From contig NC_086108.1 in NCBI RefSeq assembly GCF_963921235.1, positions 110,734,001 to 110,798,000 of the forward strand: a stretch of 64,000 nucleotides of DNA, given 5' to 3'. The position numbers were made by a program, and so were the translations under genes. Under the pieces are notes generated by a model, which was not told the origin of the DNA, searched no databases, and saw only the letters and a program-made list of their open reading frames with translations. The DNA is from Mobula hypostoma. Taxonomy: Eukaryota. Shown in pieces: positions 51,426-64,000 of the stretch; positions within the stretch are counted from its first letter, which is position 1, and each line of letters starts with the position of its first letter.

Positions 51426-52200
51426 GAACACAGTCCAAAACACAGGACTGAGAGACGGAACACAGTCCAAAAACACAGGACAGAGAGACGGAACACAGTC
51501 CAAAACACAGGACTGAGAAAGGGAACAGAGTCCAAAACACAGGACTGAGAAAGGGAACAGAGTCCAAAACACAGGGCAGAGAGACGGAACACAGTCCAAA
51601 ACACAGAACAGAGAAAGGGAACACAGTCCAAAACACAGGACTGAGAGATGGCACAGAGTCCAAAACACAGGACTGAGAGATGGAACACACTCCAAAACAC
51701 AGGACTGAGAGACAGAACAGAGTCCAAAACACAGGACTGAGAAAGGGAACAGAGTCCAAAACACAGGGCAGAGAGACGGAACACAGTCCAAAACACAGAA
51801 CAGAGAAAGGGAACACAGTCCAAAACACAGGACAGAGAGACGGAACACAGTCCAAAACACAGGACTGAGAAAGGGAACAGAGTCCAAAACACAGGGCAGA
51901 GAGACGGAACACAGTCCAAAACACAGAACAGAGAAAGGGAACACAGTCCAAAACACAGGACAGAGAGACGGAACACAGTCCAAAACACAGGACTGAGAAA
52001 GGGAACAGAGTCCAAAACACAGGGCAGAGAGACAGAACACAGTCCAAAACACAGAACAGAGAAAGGGAACACAGTCCAAAACACAGAACAGAGAAAGGGA
52101 ACACAGTCCAAAACACAGGACAGAGTGAGGGAACACAGTCCAAAAGACAGACTCTGAGAGAGGGAACACAGTTCAAAACACAGGACACAGAGAGGGAACA
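51425..52200. repeat. 32-bp minisatellite (~24 units) with 128-bp higher-order repeat
   Basis: Unit GAACACAGTCCAAAACACAGGACTGAGAGACG. A four-variant block recurs at 51733, 51861 and 51989. Confidence 0.95.
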
Positions 52201-52319
52201 CTGTCCCCACATAGGATATTATAGGACCATTTTACATGGGACAGAATTAGACCATTCAGCCTATTGAGTCTGTTCCACTAAACATATCTCTGTAACCACC
52301 CCACCTGCTCCTGTATCAT

Positions 52320-53003
52320 GTGCACATACACACACACTCACTCAACACACACACACACTCTCACATATACACACACACAGTCACATACACACACACACTC
52401 ACTCAACACACACACACACTCTCACATATACAGATACACATTGTCACATATATACACACACACACTCACATACACACACACACAGTCACATATACACACA
52501 CACACTCTCACATATACAGATACACATTGTCACATATATACACACACACACTCACATGCACACAAACATACTCACACACGCACACACATTCTCACATATA
52601 CACACACACACATTGTCACATACACACACAAATTCACACACACGCACTCTCTCACACTAACCCACTCAGAAACACACTCATGCACACACAAACACACACA
52701 CTAACATACTTACACGCGCGCGCACACACACTCTCTCCCTCACACACACATGTATATGCACACATATCACTCTCGCATACACACCTACACACACTCGCTG
52801 GGATCACATACACATCCAAGCACACATACATACATACACACACTTGCAGGCACACACACTCACATTCACATGCACACATCACTCTCACATATACATGCAC
52901 AGACACACGGAATACAAGCACACATGCGCATGCACACACTCACTCTTCTACACATACACACACATGCATACACTCATATGCTCACACACACACATACATA
53001 CAT
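52320..53003. repeat. Degenerate (CA)n-rich microsatellite
   Basis: Direct reading. It is the source of the His/Thr-rich spurious ORFs. Confidence 0.95.
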
Positions 53004-53004
53004 G

Positions 53005-53636
53005 CGGGGTTGAGAGGGTGAACAGCTTTAAGTTCCTCAGTGTAAACATCACTGAGGACCTCACGTGGTCGTACACACCAGCTGTGTGGTGAAAAAAAGC
53101 ACAACAGCACCTCTTTCACCTCAGACGGTTGAGGAAGTTTGGTATGGGCCCCCAAATTCTAAGAACTTTCTACAGATGCACAATTGAGAGCATCCTGACT
53201 GGCTGCATCACTGCCTGGTATGGGAACTGTACTTCCCTCAATCGCAGGACTCTGCAGAGAGTGGTGTGGACAGCCCAGTGCATCTGTAGTTGTGAACTTC
53301 CCACTTTTCAGGACATTTAAAAAGACAGGTGTGTTAAAAAGGCCAGAAGGATCACTGAAGACCCGAGTCACCCCAACCAAAATTTATTCCAGCTGCTACC
53401 ATCCGGGAAACGGTACAGCAGCATAAAAGCCAGGACCAACAGGCTCCGGGATAGCTTCTTCCACCAGGCCATCAGACTGATTAATTCACGCTGACACGAT
53501 TGTATTTCTATGTTATATTGACTATCCTGTTGTACATAGAATTTATTATAAATGACTATAAGTTGCACATGTAGACAGAAACATAACGTAATCCTCATGT
53601 ATATGAAGGATGTAAGTAATAAAGGCAATTCAATTC
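53005..53636 (+). mobile_element. Rex1/Babar-like LINE 3' fragment
   Basis: VERVNSFKFL, FYRCTIESILTGCITAWYGNC, then AATAAA and a short (ATTCA)n tail. Related decayed fragments recur across the window. Confidence 0.75.
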
Positions 53637-54220
53637 ACATTTGAGGAGTTTCTGATGGCTCTGGACCTGTACTTACTGGCATTTAAAGAATGAGGAGGGA
53701 TCTCATTGAAACCTTTCAAATATTGAAAGGACTGGACAGGGTGGATGTGAAGAGGATGTTTTCTACTGTGGAGGAGTCTAGGACCAGAGGGTATGGCCTC
53801 AGAATAGAGGGATGTTCCTTTAGAACAGAGATGAGGAGGAACTTATTTATCCAGAGGGTGAGGAATCTGTGGAATTCTTTGCCACAAATGGCTGTGGAGG
53901 CCAAATCATTGGGTACATTCAAGGCAGAGGTTGATAGGTTCTTGACGAAGGGTCTCAGCCTGAAACGTCTACTGTACCTCTTCCTAGAGATGCTGCCTGG
54001 CCTGCTGCATTCACCAGCAACTTTGATGTGTGTTGCTTGAATTTCCAGCATCTGCAGAATTCCTCGTGTTTAGGTTCTTGATTAATCAGGATGTGAAAAG
54101 TTACAGGGAGAAGGCAGAAGAATGGGGTTGAAAGGAATAATAAATCAGCCCTGATGGAACAGTAGAGCAAACTCAATGGGCTGAATGACCTAACATTGCT
54201 CCTAGTTCTTATGGTCTTAT
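53637..54220 (+). mobile_element. CR1 3' fragment interrupted by a 125-bp Penelope-derived insertion (53946-54070)
   Basis: CR1 RT C-terminus and 3'UTR. The insertion is flanked by TAGGTTCTTGA at 53935-53945 and 54071-54081. Confidence 0.85.
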
Positions 54221-54284
54221 ATGCATCAGCCAAACACTAAGACAATGAGGTTGTGTTAATTGTCCTGCATCAACAGGCAAACCT

Positions 54285-55045
54285 GTCTCTGTTCTTCCTG
54301 TAGTCCACAACCAGCTCCTTTGTTTTTACGACATTGAGGGAGAGGTTGTCTTCTTAACACCACTGTGTCAGGGTGATGACTTCCTCTCTGTAGGCTGCCT
54401 CATTATTATTTGAGATAAGGCCAATCAATGTAGTATCATCAGCAAATTTAATTAGCAGATTGGAGCTGTAGACGGCGACACAGTCTTGGGTATACAGAGA
54501 GTAAAGGAGGGGGCTTAGGACACAGCCCTGAGGGGCTCATGTGTTGAGGGTCAGAGGGTTGGAGGTGAAGGAGCCCACTCTTACCACCTGCCGGCGATCT
54601 GACAGGAAGTCCAGGATCCAGCTGCACAAGGCAGGGTGAAGGCTAAGGTCTCTGAACTTCTTGTCGAGCCTGGAGGGAATTGAATGCTGAACTGTAATCC
54701 AAGAACAACATTCTCACATAAGCATCCTCTTCTCCAGACGTGTAAGGACGGTATGTAGAACAGTGGCTATTGTGTCATCTGTCGATCGGTTGTGTCGGTA
54801 GGTGAATTGTAGGGGGTCCAGTTTGTGTGTTGGCAAGCTGCAGGTGGAATCCTTGACCAGCCTCTCAAAGCATTTGCTTATTGTTGAGGTGAGTGACAGG
54901 GCACCAGTCATTCAGACACGTTACCTTGGTCTTTTTGTGTACAGGGACAATGGTGGATGCTTTGAAGTATGAGGGCACTCTACACTGGGAGAGGGAAATA
55001 TTAAAGATGACTGCAAACACACACGCCAGTCGTGCCGCACACAAC
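54285..55045 (-). mobile_element. Rex1/Babar-like LINE RT fragment
   Basis: IFNISLSQCRVPSYFKASTIVPVHKK, KCFERLV, LDPLQFTYRHNRSTDD. Confidence 0.8.
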
Positions 55046-58000
55046 TGACAAAACAGACAAATGTGATAAAGAAACAATAAGGTTGCTGCTCAATAAGCCA
55101 GAACACATGGACAGGAACGACAACAATTCATCACAACAAGCAGGCTTTCTTCTGCAGACTCTCTTGGTAGAGACCCACAAACCCAAAACTACATGACATT
55201 TTTATGCCCTTAAGATCAATGGTACAATAGTGATACAATTCCTATAGTAATAATGACATTGTTAACTTCGATACTTTGGGTTGACAGTGCTTCCTTCTGA
55301 ATGTAGAAATGTAGAACAGAGACACCTAGGGGTACAGCTATATAGTTCTCAAAAAGTGACAACACAGCTACTCAGTGTGGTGATAAATCAGAATTAGAGT
55401 TACAATCTTATTTATCAGAATCAGATCCATATTATTACCATTGATGTGAATTTTGTTGCAGTACAGTTCAAAGACATAATAATTACTATAAATTACAAAA
55501 ACTTTCATTGTAAATTATCATGCAAAATAATAATTACTATAAATTACAGAATTATGATTACTATAAATTACAAAAACCTCCGCTATAAATTATCTCCGTG
55601 CAAAATGTCGACTGTTTACTCCCCTGCATAGACTCAAGATTCAATATACAAGGTTGGACTAGATGGGCTGAACGGCCTGTTTCTATGCAGTAGTGTTCTA
55701 GGACTTTATGGGTATAGAGAGCCATGGTCCAGATGCGGGTCAGCACAGAACAGATGGGCTGAGGGGGTTGTTCCTATGACTCTGTTCAAGATTGTTTAAT
55801 GTCATTTCCAGTACACAAGTGTAAAGGAGAATGAAACAATTGTTACTCCAGGTCCGATGCACAAAATAAACACAGTAAGATAAAGAACATAATAATAAAA
55901 AACACAATAAATACAAATACACAAGACATAGATTGATTGTATGTCCATAAAGATGCTGCCTGACCTACTGCATTTCTCTAGCATTGTGTGTGCATTGGCC
56001 AAGATGTCCAGCATCTGCAGTATTTCTTGAGTTTACTATAAGTAATAAAGATAACAAAGATTGCAAAGAAGATATCTGGCCTGCTTGATTTCATGGGCCA
56101 GGGCATCTGGGATGTGTCCAAGACGCTGGCGAGACAACATGAGGCGTATTGTGTGCAGTTCTGGTCACCCGGTTATGGGCTGCATGTCATTAACTTGAAT
56201 GAGTGCAGAAAGATTGATGAGGGTGTTATCAGGAATGGAGGGCTTGCTAGGCAGGGCCTTTGTTAGCTGCAGGGTAGGAGACTGAGGGGTGACCTTACTG
56301 ACTCAATGGAATCAAATCAGGTTTAATATCACTGGCATATGTCATGAAAGGTGTTTTTTGTGGCAACAGTACATCGCAATACATAATAAAAAAGCTATGA
56401 ATTTCAATAATATTACAATTTTATATACATGTATACACAATATGTATAAAATATGTATATAAAAATACATATTCAGAATGGAATAAGTAGTGCAGAAAAT
56501 ATTGAGGTAGTGTTCATGGTTCGATGTCCATTCAGAAATCTGATGGGAGAGGGGAAGAAGCTGTTCCCAAAGTGTTGGGCGTGTGCCTTCAGGCTCCTGT
56601 ACCTCCTCCTTGATGGTAGCAATGAGAAGAGGGCATGCCCTGGATGATGACAAATTTACAGATGGCATTAGAGTTGTGCCTAGCCGCACAGTCGTGGATG
56701 TAGCGAGAGAAGAGCAGCGGGCGAAGCACACACCCTTGAGGTGCGCCAGTGTCGATCGTCAGCGAGGAGGAGATGTAATAAGAGTAACACAGCACAGAAC
56801 AGGTCCATACTGACCTCAGCATCCCCTCTGCTAGTCCCATTTGCCCATATTTGGCCCATAGCCCTCCAAGAGCCGGCTCTCTATGTACCTATCCAAATTC
56901 CTCTTAAATACTGTAATTGTACCCTCTAACAGTCCAGTCCGGGTACTCACTACTTTCTCGGTAAAGAAGATACCTCTCAGGTCTCCTCAATTTCTTCCCA
57001 CTAATCCTGTAACTGTGCCCTCTAGTTTTGGTCACCCCAGCCCTCAAAGTTCAAAGATCCATCAAAGTAAAATGGATCCTTAAAGTACATAAGGATAAGT
57101 CACCATATCCAACCCTGAGGTGCATTTTCTTGTGGGCATTCACACTGTCCAAAGAAATGCAATAGAATCATTGAAAGACCGATTCCAACAAAGACAGAGA
57201 AATAACAATGTGCAAAAGATGAAAAATGGGGATGAGTAACGTTAACCCCTCTGGTTCAGGAGTCTGATGGTTGAGGGATAATAACTATTTCTGAACCTAG
57301 TGGTGTGGAACCTAAGGCTCCTATGCATCCTTCCAGAAGGTACAGCGAGAACAGAGTGTTTCCTGGGTGGTGGGGGTCTTTGATCATGGATGCTGCTTCG
57401 TGCAAGAGCGCTCCTTGTTTGAAAAGGCGCTTACATCCTAGCAATGATAACACTGAGGAATTTAAAGTTAGTGACCCTCTCCACCTTTGATCCCCTGATG
57501 AGGACTGGCTCATGGACCTCTAATTTCCTCCTTTTGAAGTCAATAATCAGCTCCTTGATTTTGTTGGCATTGAGTGAGAGGTTATTGTTTGTGTGGCAAA
57601 TCCAGCACTGGATCTACAGGGCATGGGGTTGAAGCCGCCAATCTTATGTGGACAACCATTTTTGCAAAAGTCAACAAACTATGCAAATCTAAAGAGGGGA
57701 AAAATAAGCAATAAATATTGAGTACATGAGATGAAGAGTCCTTGAAAGTGTGTCCATAGGGTGTGGGAACAATTCAGTGATGGGGTGAGTGAAGTTGAGT
57801 GAAGTCATTCCCTCTGGTTCAAGAGCCTGATGGTTGAGGTATAATAATTGTTCCTGAACCTGGTGGTGTGGGACCTAAAGCTTGTGTACCTTCCTTCTGA
57901 TGGTAGTAGATGTGCTCAGTGGTGGGGAGAGCTTTGTCTGTGTTGGACTGGGCTGTAGACATTTCCATTCCTGGGTACTGGTGTTCCCACAGCAGGCTGT

Positions 58001-58307
58001 GATACAGCCAGTTAGCATGCACCCCATTGTGCATCTACAGAAGTCTGCCAAAGTTTCTGGTGACGTTCCATATCTACACAAACTTCAACGAAATTAGGGA
58101 CCTTGCCATGTCTTCTTTGTGGTGGTACTTACGGCCGATCCAGGATAGATCCTCTGATATGAACACACCAAAGAATTTAAAGGACATCGGGCCTCTTCCT
58201 CCTATTGTCAATAATCAGCTCCTTGGTTTTGCTGATGTTGAGTGAGAGGTTGCTGTGTCTCCACCCAGCCAGATTTTCAATCTCCCGCCCACATGCTGAT
58301 TCGTCAC

Positions 58308-59146
58308 TGTTACATACCTCAAGGAAATCTTGTGATTTTTTTTTCTTCTTGTGAGAATGATGTAATGGTCTTTTGGAGGTCACATGATGACCTGTGCACC
58401 GCGGGTATATAAGGGAAGACCTCAGATGACGCAGTTAGTTTTTAGTTTTTAGTTTTCCAGCTAGAACGTGTCTGTGTCTCCGTTTCTGTTACGTATTTAT
58501 TTTATGACGCAGTTTCATTTTCAAAACGGAGTGTTACGTTCTGTTGCAAGGTACAATAGTGCTGGATTGGCAATTTTTGCTAGATTTGTTGATGTACCTT
58601 TTTCCAGTAGTATGGGAGAGTACAGGACCTGAAGGATTAAGAGAAGTTGGTATCATTCGCAGTTTAATAAAGGATCAACCTTATTGAGTCTTCGTTGAAG
58701 AAGTAGTGACCTGCATCGAAGATAACTCTTGCCAAAAGAGCAAGGAAGTTCACGCAAGGTTTGCTCTCTAGAAATTAAGATCAGTTGTTTTAAGCCGTTT
58801 ACTTCCTTCATCGTGAATCCTTTGGACAGGACCAGCAGGAAAGTCGTGTCTATGAAGAAATCCTTCTCCAGAGAAGTCTCTCCCAATTGAACGTATAAAT
58901 CTGTTGGACTTTCGAATTTACCATTTTAAGAACTGTATCTGACTTTACCGCTTTAAGAACTGTTTTTGCATTTAACTCTTTAAGAACCAGTGCCGAGTGA
59001 CAATTTGTTGTACGGCTGCATAGCGGTTAACTTCCAGTTAAGGTTTTTGTTTGTTTTTTTTTATTATTTATCCATGTTTAATAAATGTTTGGTTGTTTTT
59101 GTATAATCTGTCTCGATTGATATTCATTGTTGCCGGTTACCTAACA
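58308..59146 (+). mobile_element. Solo LTR (839 bp)
   Basis: TGTTA...TAACA termini. 5-bp TSD GTCAC at 58303-58307 and 59147-59151. TATATAA at 58406-58412 and AATAAA at 59080-59085. Confidence 0.85.
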
Positions 59147-59511
59147 GTCACCACCATTGATTTGGCCGATGACAGCGGTGTTGTCAGCAAATTTAAATAT
59201 GGTGTTGGAGCTGTACTTAGCCTCACAGTCGTAAGTGTAAAGCGAGTAGAGTCAGAGTGGTGAGACGGGTAAGTACGCAGTCTTCTGGTGCTGATGGTAA
59301 TTGTGGAGATGTTGTTGCCAACCTGGACTGACTGGGGTCTGCAAGTGAGGAAACCCAGGATTGAGTTGAAGGTGGAAAAGACTATGACTGTCCACCTTAT
59401 CCACACTCCGCATGATGTTATAAACTTCAACAAGGTCATCCCTCAATCTCCTGCGCTCCAGGGAATGAAGAACCAGTGTGGTCAGCCTCTCCCTTTCACT
59501 GAGACTCTCTT

Positions 59512-62500
59512 ATAACAATTACAGCACAGAAACAAGCTATCTCGGCCCTTCTAGTCCATGCCGAACTCTTACCCTATCCTAGTCCCACTGACCTGCACTC
59601 AGCCCATAACCGTCCATTCCTTTCCTGTCCATATATCTATCCAATTTAACTTTAAATGACAACATCGAACCTGCCTCAACCACTTCCGCTGGAAGCTCGT
59701 TCCACACAGCTACCACTCTCTGAGTAAAGAAGTTCCCCCTCATGTTACCCCGAAACTTCTGTCCTCTAATTCTCAACTCATGTCCTCTTGTTTGAATCTC
59801 ACCCACTCTCAATGGAAAAAGCCTGTCCACGTCAACTCTATCAATCCCCCTCATAATTTTAAATACCTCTATCAAGTCCCCCCTCAACTTTCTACGCTCC
59901 AAAGAATAAAGACCCAACTTGCTCAACCTTTCTCTGTGACTTAGGAGATGAAATCCAAGCAACATTTTGGTAAACCTCCTCTGTACTCGCACAATTTTAT
60001 TGATATCTTTCCTATAATTCGGTGACCAGAACTGTACACAATACTCCAGATTTGGTCTTACCAATGCCTTATACAATTTCAACATTACATCCCAACTCCT
60101 ATACTTAATGCTCTGATTCATAAAGGCCAGCAAACCAAAAGCTTTCTTCACCACCCTATCCACATGAGACTCCATCTTCAGGGAACTGTGCACCATTATT
60201 CCTAGATCCCTCTGTTCTAAAGCATTCTTTAATGCCCTACCATTTACCATGTATGTCCTATTTTGATTAGTCCTACCAAAATGCAGCGCCTCACATTTTT
60301 CAGCATTAAACTCCATCTGCCATCTTTCAGCCCATTCTTCTAACTGGCCTAAATCTCTCTGCAAATTTCGAAAACCTACCTCATCATCCACAACACCACC
60401 TACTTAGTATCATCTGCATACTTACTAATCCAATTTACCACCCCATCATCCAGATCATTAATATATATTACAAACAACATTGGACCCAGTACAGATCCCT
60501 GAGGCACACCGCTAGACACCGTCCTCCAATCTGACACACAGTTATCCACCACTACTCTCTGGCGTCTCCCATCCAGCCACTGTTGAATCCATTTTACTAC
60601 TTCAATATTAATGCCTAATGATTGAACCTTCCTAACTAACCTTCCGTGTGGAATCTTGTCAAAGGCCTTACTGAAGTCCATATAGACAACATCCACCGCT
60701 TTACCCTCGTCAACTTTCCTAGTAACCTCTTCAAAAAATTCAATAAGACTTGTCAAACATGACCTTCCACGCACAAATCCATGTTGACTCTTCCTAATCA
60801 GACCCTGTCTATCCAGAAAATTAAATACACCATCTCTAAGAATACTTACTATCAATTTACCCATCACTGACGTCAAACTCACAGGCCGATAATCGCTAGG
60901 TTCACTCTTAGAACCTTTTTTAAACAATGGAACCACATGAGCAATACACCAATCCTCCGGCACCATCCCCGTTTCTAATGACATTCGAAATATTTCTGTC
61001 AGAGACCCTGCTATTTCTAACTTCCCTCAAAGTCCTAGGGAATATCTTGTCCGGACCCAGAGACTTATCCACTTTTATATTCCTTAAAAATGCCAGTACT
61101 TCCTCCTCTTTAATCGTCATACTTTCCATAACTTCCCTACTTGTTTCCTTTACCTTACACAATTCAATATCCTTCTCCTTAGTGAATACCGAAGAAAAGA
61201 AATTGTTCAAAATCTCCCCCATCTCTTTTGGCTCCGCACATAGCCGTCCACTCTGATTCTCCAAGGGACCAATTTTATCCCTCACTATTCTTTTGCCACT
61301 AACATAACTGTAGAAACCCTTTGGATTTATTTTCACCTTACTTGCCAAAGCAGCCTCATATCTTCTTTTAGCTTTTCTAATTTCTTTCTTAAGATTCTTT
61401 TACCATTCTTTATATTCCTCGGGTACCTCATTAACTCCAAGCTGCCTATATTTATTGAAGATCTCTCTCTTTTTCTGAACCAAGTTTCTAATATCTCTTG
61501 AAAACCATGGCTCTCTCAAACTTTTAACCTTTCCTTTCAACCTAACAGGAACATGAAGATTCTGAACCCTCAAAATTTCACCTTTAAACGACCTCCATTT
61601 CTCTGTTACATCCTTCCCATAAAACAAATTTTCCCAATCCACTCCTTCTAAATCCTTTCGCATCTCCTCAAAGTTAGCCTTTCTCCAATCAAAAATCTCA
61701 ACCCTGGCTCCAGACCTATCCTTCTCCATAATTACACCTAAACTAATTGTATTGTGATCACTGGAGCCGAAGTGCTCCCCAACAAATACCTCCACCACCT
61801 GCCCCATCTCATTCCCTAACAGGAGATCCAACACTGCCCCTTCTCTAGTTGGTACCTCTGTGTATTGCTTCAAAAAACTATCTAGCACACATTTTATGAA
61901 CTCCAAACCAACTAGCCCTTTTACAGTATGGGCTTCCCAGTCTATGTGTGGAAAATTAAAATCTCCCACAATCACAACCATGTGCTTACTACAAATATCG
62001 GCTATCTCCTTACAAATTTGCTCCTCCAGTTCTCAGTCCCCATTAGGCGGTCTATAATACACCCCTATAAGCGTCACAACACCTCTCCTATTCCTCAATT
62101 CTACCCAAATAGCCTCCCTAGACGAGTCCACTAATCTATCCTGCCACAGCACCGCTGCTATATTTTCTCTGACAAGCAATACAACACCTCCCCCTCTTGT
62201 CCCTCCTATTCTATCATACCTGAAGCAACAAAATCCTGGAATATTTAGTTGCCAATCACACCCCTCCTGCAACCACATTTCACTAATTGCTACAACATCA
62301 TATTTCCAGGTATCAATCCATGCTCTAAGCTCATCCACCTTTCTTACAATGCTCCTAGCATTAAAGTAGATGCATTTAAGAAACTCTCCACCTCCCACTC
62401 TCTGTTTATCCTTAATTGAGCAAACAACTTCGTTATCTTCTTCTTTATTCCCCTACATCAGTCTCCCTGCTCTTAGTCTCCTTAATTTGATTCCCTCCCC

Positions 62501-63776
62501 ACAACCATTCTAGTTTAAAGTCACCTCAGTAGCCCTCGCAAATCTCCCCGCCAGGATATTGGTCCCCCTATGATCCAAGTGCAATCCTTCCCCTTTGTAC
62601 AGGTCACGCCTGCGCCAATAGTGATCCCAATGATCCAAAAACCTGAATCCCTGCCCCTTGCTCCAATCCCTCAGCCACGCATTTATCCTACATCTCATTG
62701 CATTCCTACTCTCGCTGTCACGTAGCACAGACAGTAATCCCGAGATTACTACCTTTGTCGTCCTTTTTCTCAACTCCCTTCCTAACTCCCTATATTCTTC
62801 TTTCAGGACCTCTCCCCTTTCCCTACCTATGTCATTGGTACCTATATGTACCACGACCTCTGGCTCCTCTTCCTCCCACTTCAAGATCTCTTGGACGCGA
62901 TCAGAAACATCTCGGACCCTGGCACCAGGGAGGCAAACTACCATCTTGGTCTCACAGAATCGCCTATCTGACCCCCTAACTAATGAGTCCCCTATTACTA
63001 CTGCCCTCCTCTTTCTTTCCCTACCCTTCTGAGCTACAGGGCCGGACTCTGTGCCAGAGGCACGGCCACTGTTGCTTCCCCCAGGTATGCTGTCCCCCCC
63101 CAACAGTACTCAAACAGGAGTACTTTTTGTCAAGGGGCACAGCCACCGGGGTACTCTCTATTACCTGACTCTTCCCCTTCCCCCTCCTAACCGTGACCCA
63201 CTTGTCTGCCTCCCGTGGCCCCGGTGTGACCACTTGCCTGTAACTCCTCTCTATCAACTCCTCACTCTCCCTGATCAGATGAAGGTCATCGAGCTGCATC
63301 TCCAGTTCCCTAACGCGGTCTCTTAGGAACTGCATCTCAACGCACCTGGTGCAGGTGTGGATGTCCGGGAGGCTTGGAGACTCCACTCCCTCCCACATCC
63401 GGCACTGAGAACAACAAGCTGCCCTCACACTCATACTTCCCCCTCTCTTCAAATAACAGTGAAAAAAAAATGAATAACCAAACCCACTTCGCCTCGCCCG
63501 TTTCCACCTAAGCCCATTTAGCCAAAGCCCTTAAGCCTTCACTCTACTCCCGGCTCACTCCGCTGCCCGCTATATAAGGCTGTGTTCCTTTTAAATCTTC
63601 CTCATTTCCCTCCACGACGTCACACGCCTGCACCGTCCTGCCTCTCTCGACACTGATGAAAAAAAACGAAAAATTTAAACAAGGCTTCCTCCACACTCCC
63701 GCTCCGAATCTCAGTATTCTTTCTCCTAATTAAACTTGAATCAGGATTTGAGTCCTTTTAAATCTTCCTCGTTTCC
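59512..63776 (-). mobile_element. Full-length CR1 LINE (5'UTR, ORF1 Cys-motif + esterase, ORF2 APE-RT), inactivated
   Basis: ORF1 CSQC...CTRC plus GDSLVRG, HIGTNDI and GLHL. ORF2 [22 protein letters not shown] and YADD, in pieces. Flanked by CTCTT at 59507-59511 and 63777-63781 within an older CR1. Confidence 0.93.
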
Positions 63777-64000
63777 CTCTTGTTCTGGATCCATCCTTGT
63801 AAATCTCTTCTGTACCTTCTGCAACTTGACAGTATCGGAGTGAGCAAGATCAGACACACAATAGCCCAAGTGCAGTCTCACTAACCACATACTGTATATA
63901 ACTACAACATAATGTCTCTGTTCCTAAACTTGATAACTTGACTCATGGGTTGGGGCAGAGAGAAGGTCATTTTTTCCCCCGATGGTCTAGTCATCTAAAA

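Noticed and set aside
51425..52200. 32-bp repeat array as a CRISPR array
   Set aside because: Units are contiguous with no unique spacers, there are no cas genes, and the context is eukaryotic.
51347..52212. Three overlapping 262-287 aa Cys/Leu/Val-rich ORFs
   Set aside because: They arise because the minisatellite lacks stops on the minus strand in all frames; no coding evidence.
52318..53092. His/Thr-rich ORFs
   Set aside because: Translations of a CA microsatellite.

Overview
Eukaryotic (vertebrate) genomic DNA, very repeat-rich. The mix of CR1 LINEs, V-SINEs, Penelope-like, RTE, Rex1/Babar-like, Tc1, Tigger and hAT elements suggests a cartilaginous fish, probably a ray (inference). Two host genes lie tail-to-tail. 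On + are the last five coding exons of RPF1 (Brix-domain ribosome biogenesis factor; 1-51, 2732-2814, 9240-9421, 11664-11790, 15216-15257). On - is a complete G-protein gamma subunit gene, GNG5-like (51252-51172 + 33067-32942, 68 aa ending in CaaX CLIL, plus a probable non-coding last exon from 21190). Most long ORFs in the track are retroelement remnants or simple-repeat artefacts. Main observations: a U12-type (minor spliceosome) intron in RPF1; minimal type-I hammerhead ribozyme motifs carried by a Penelope-like element and about a dozen short derivatives, including a tandem-plus-inverted cluster at 49.05-49.40 kb; a 32-bp hairpin minisatellite with a 128-bp higher-order repeat abutting the GNG5 CpG island; a 3'UTR intron in GNG5; and several nested insertions with readable target-site duplications. 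All calls were made by eye, without database searches.
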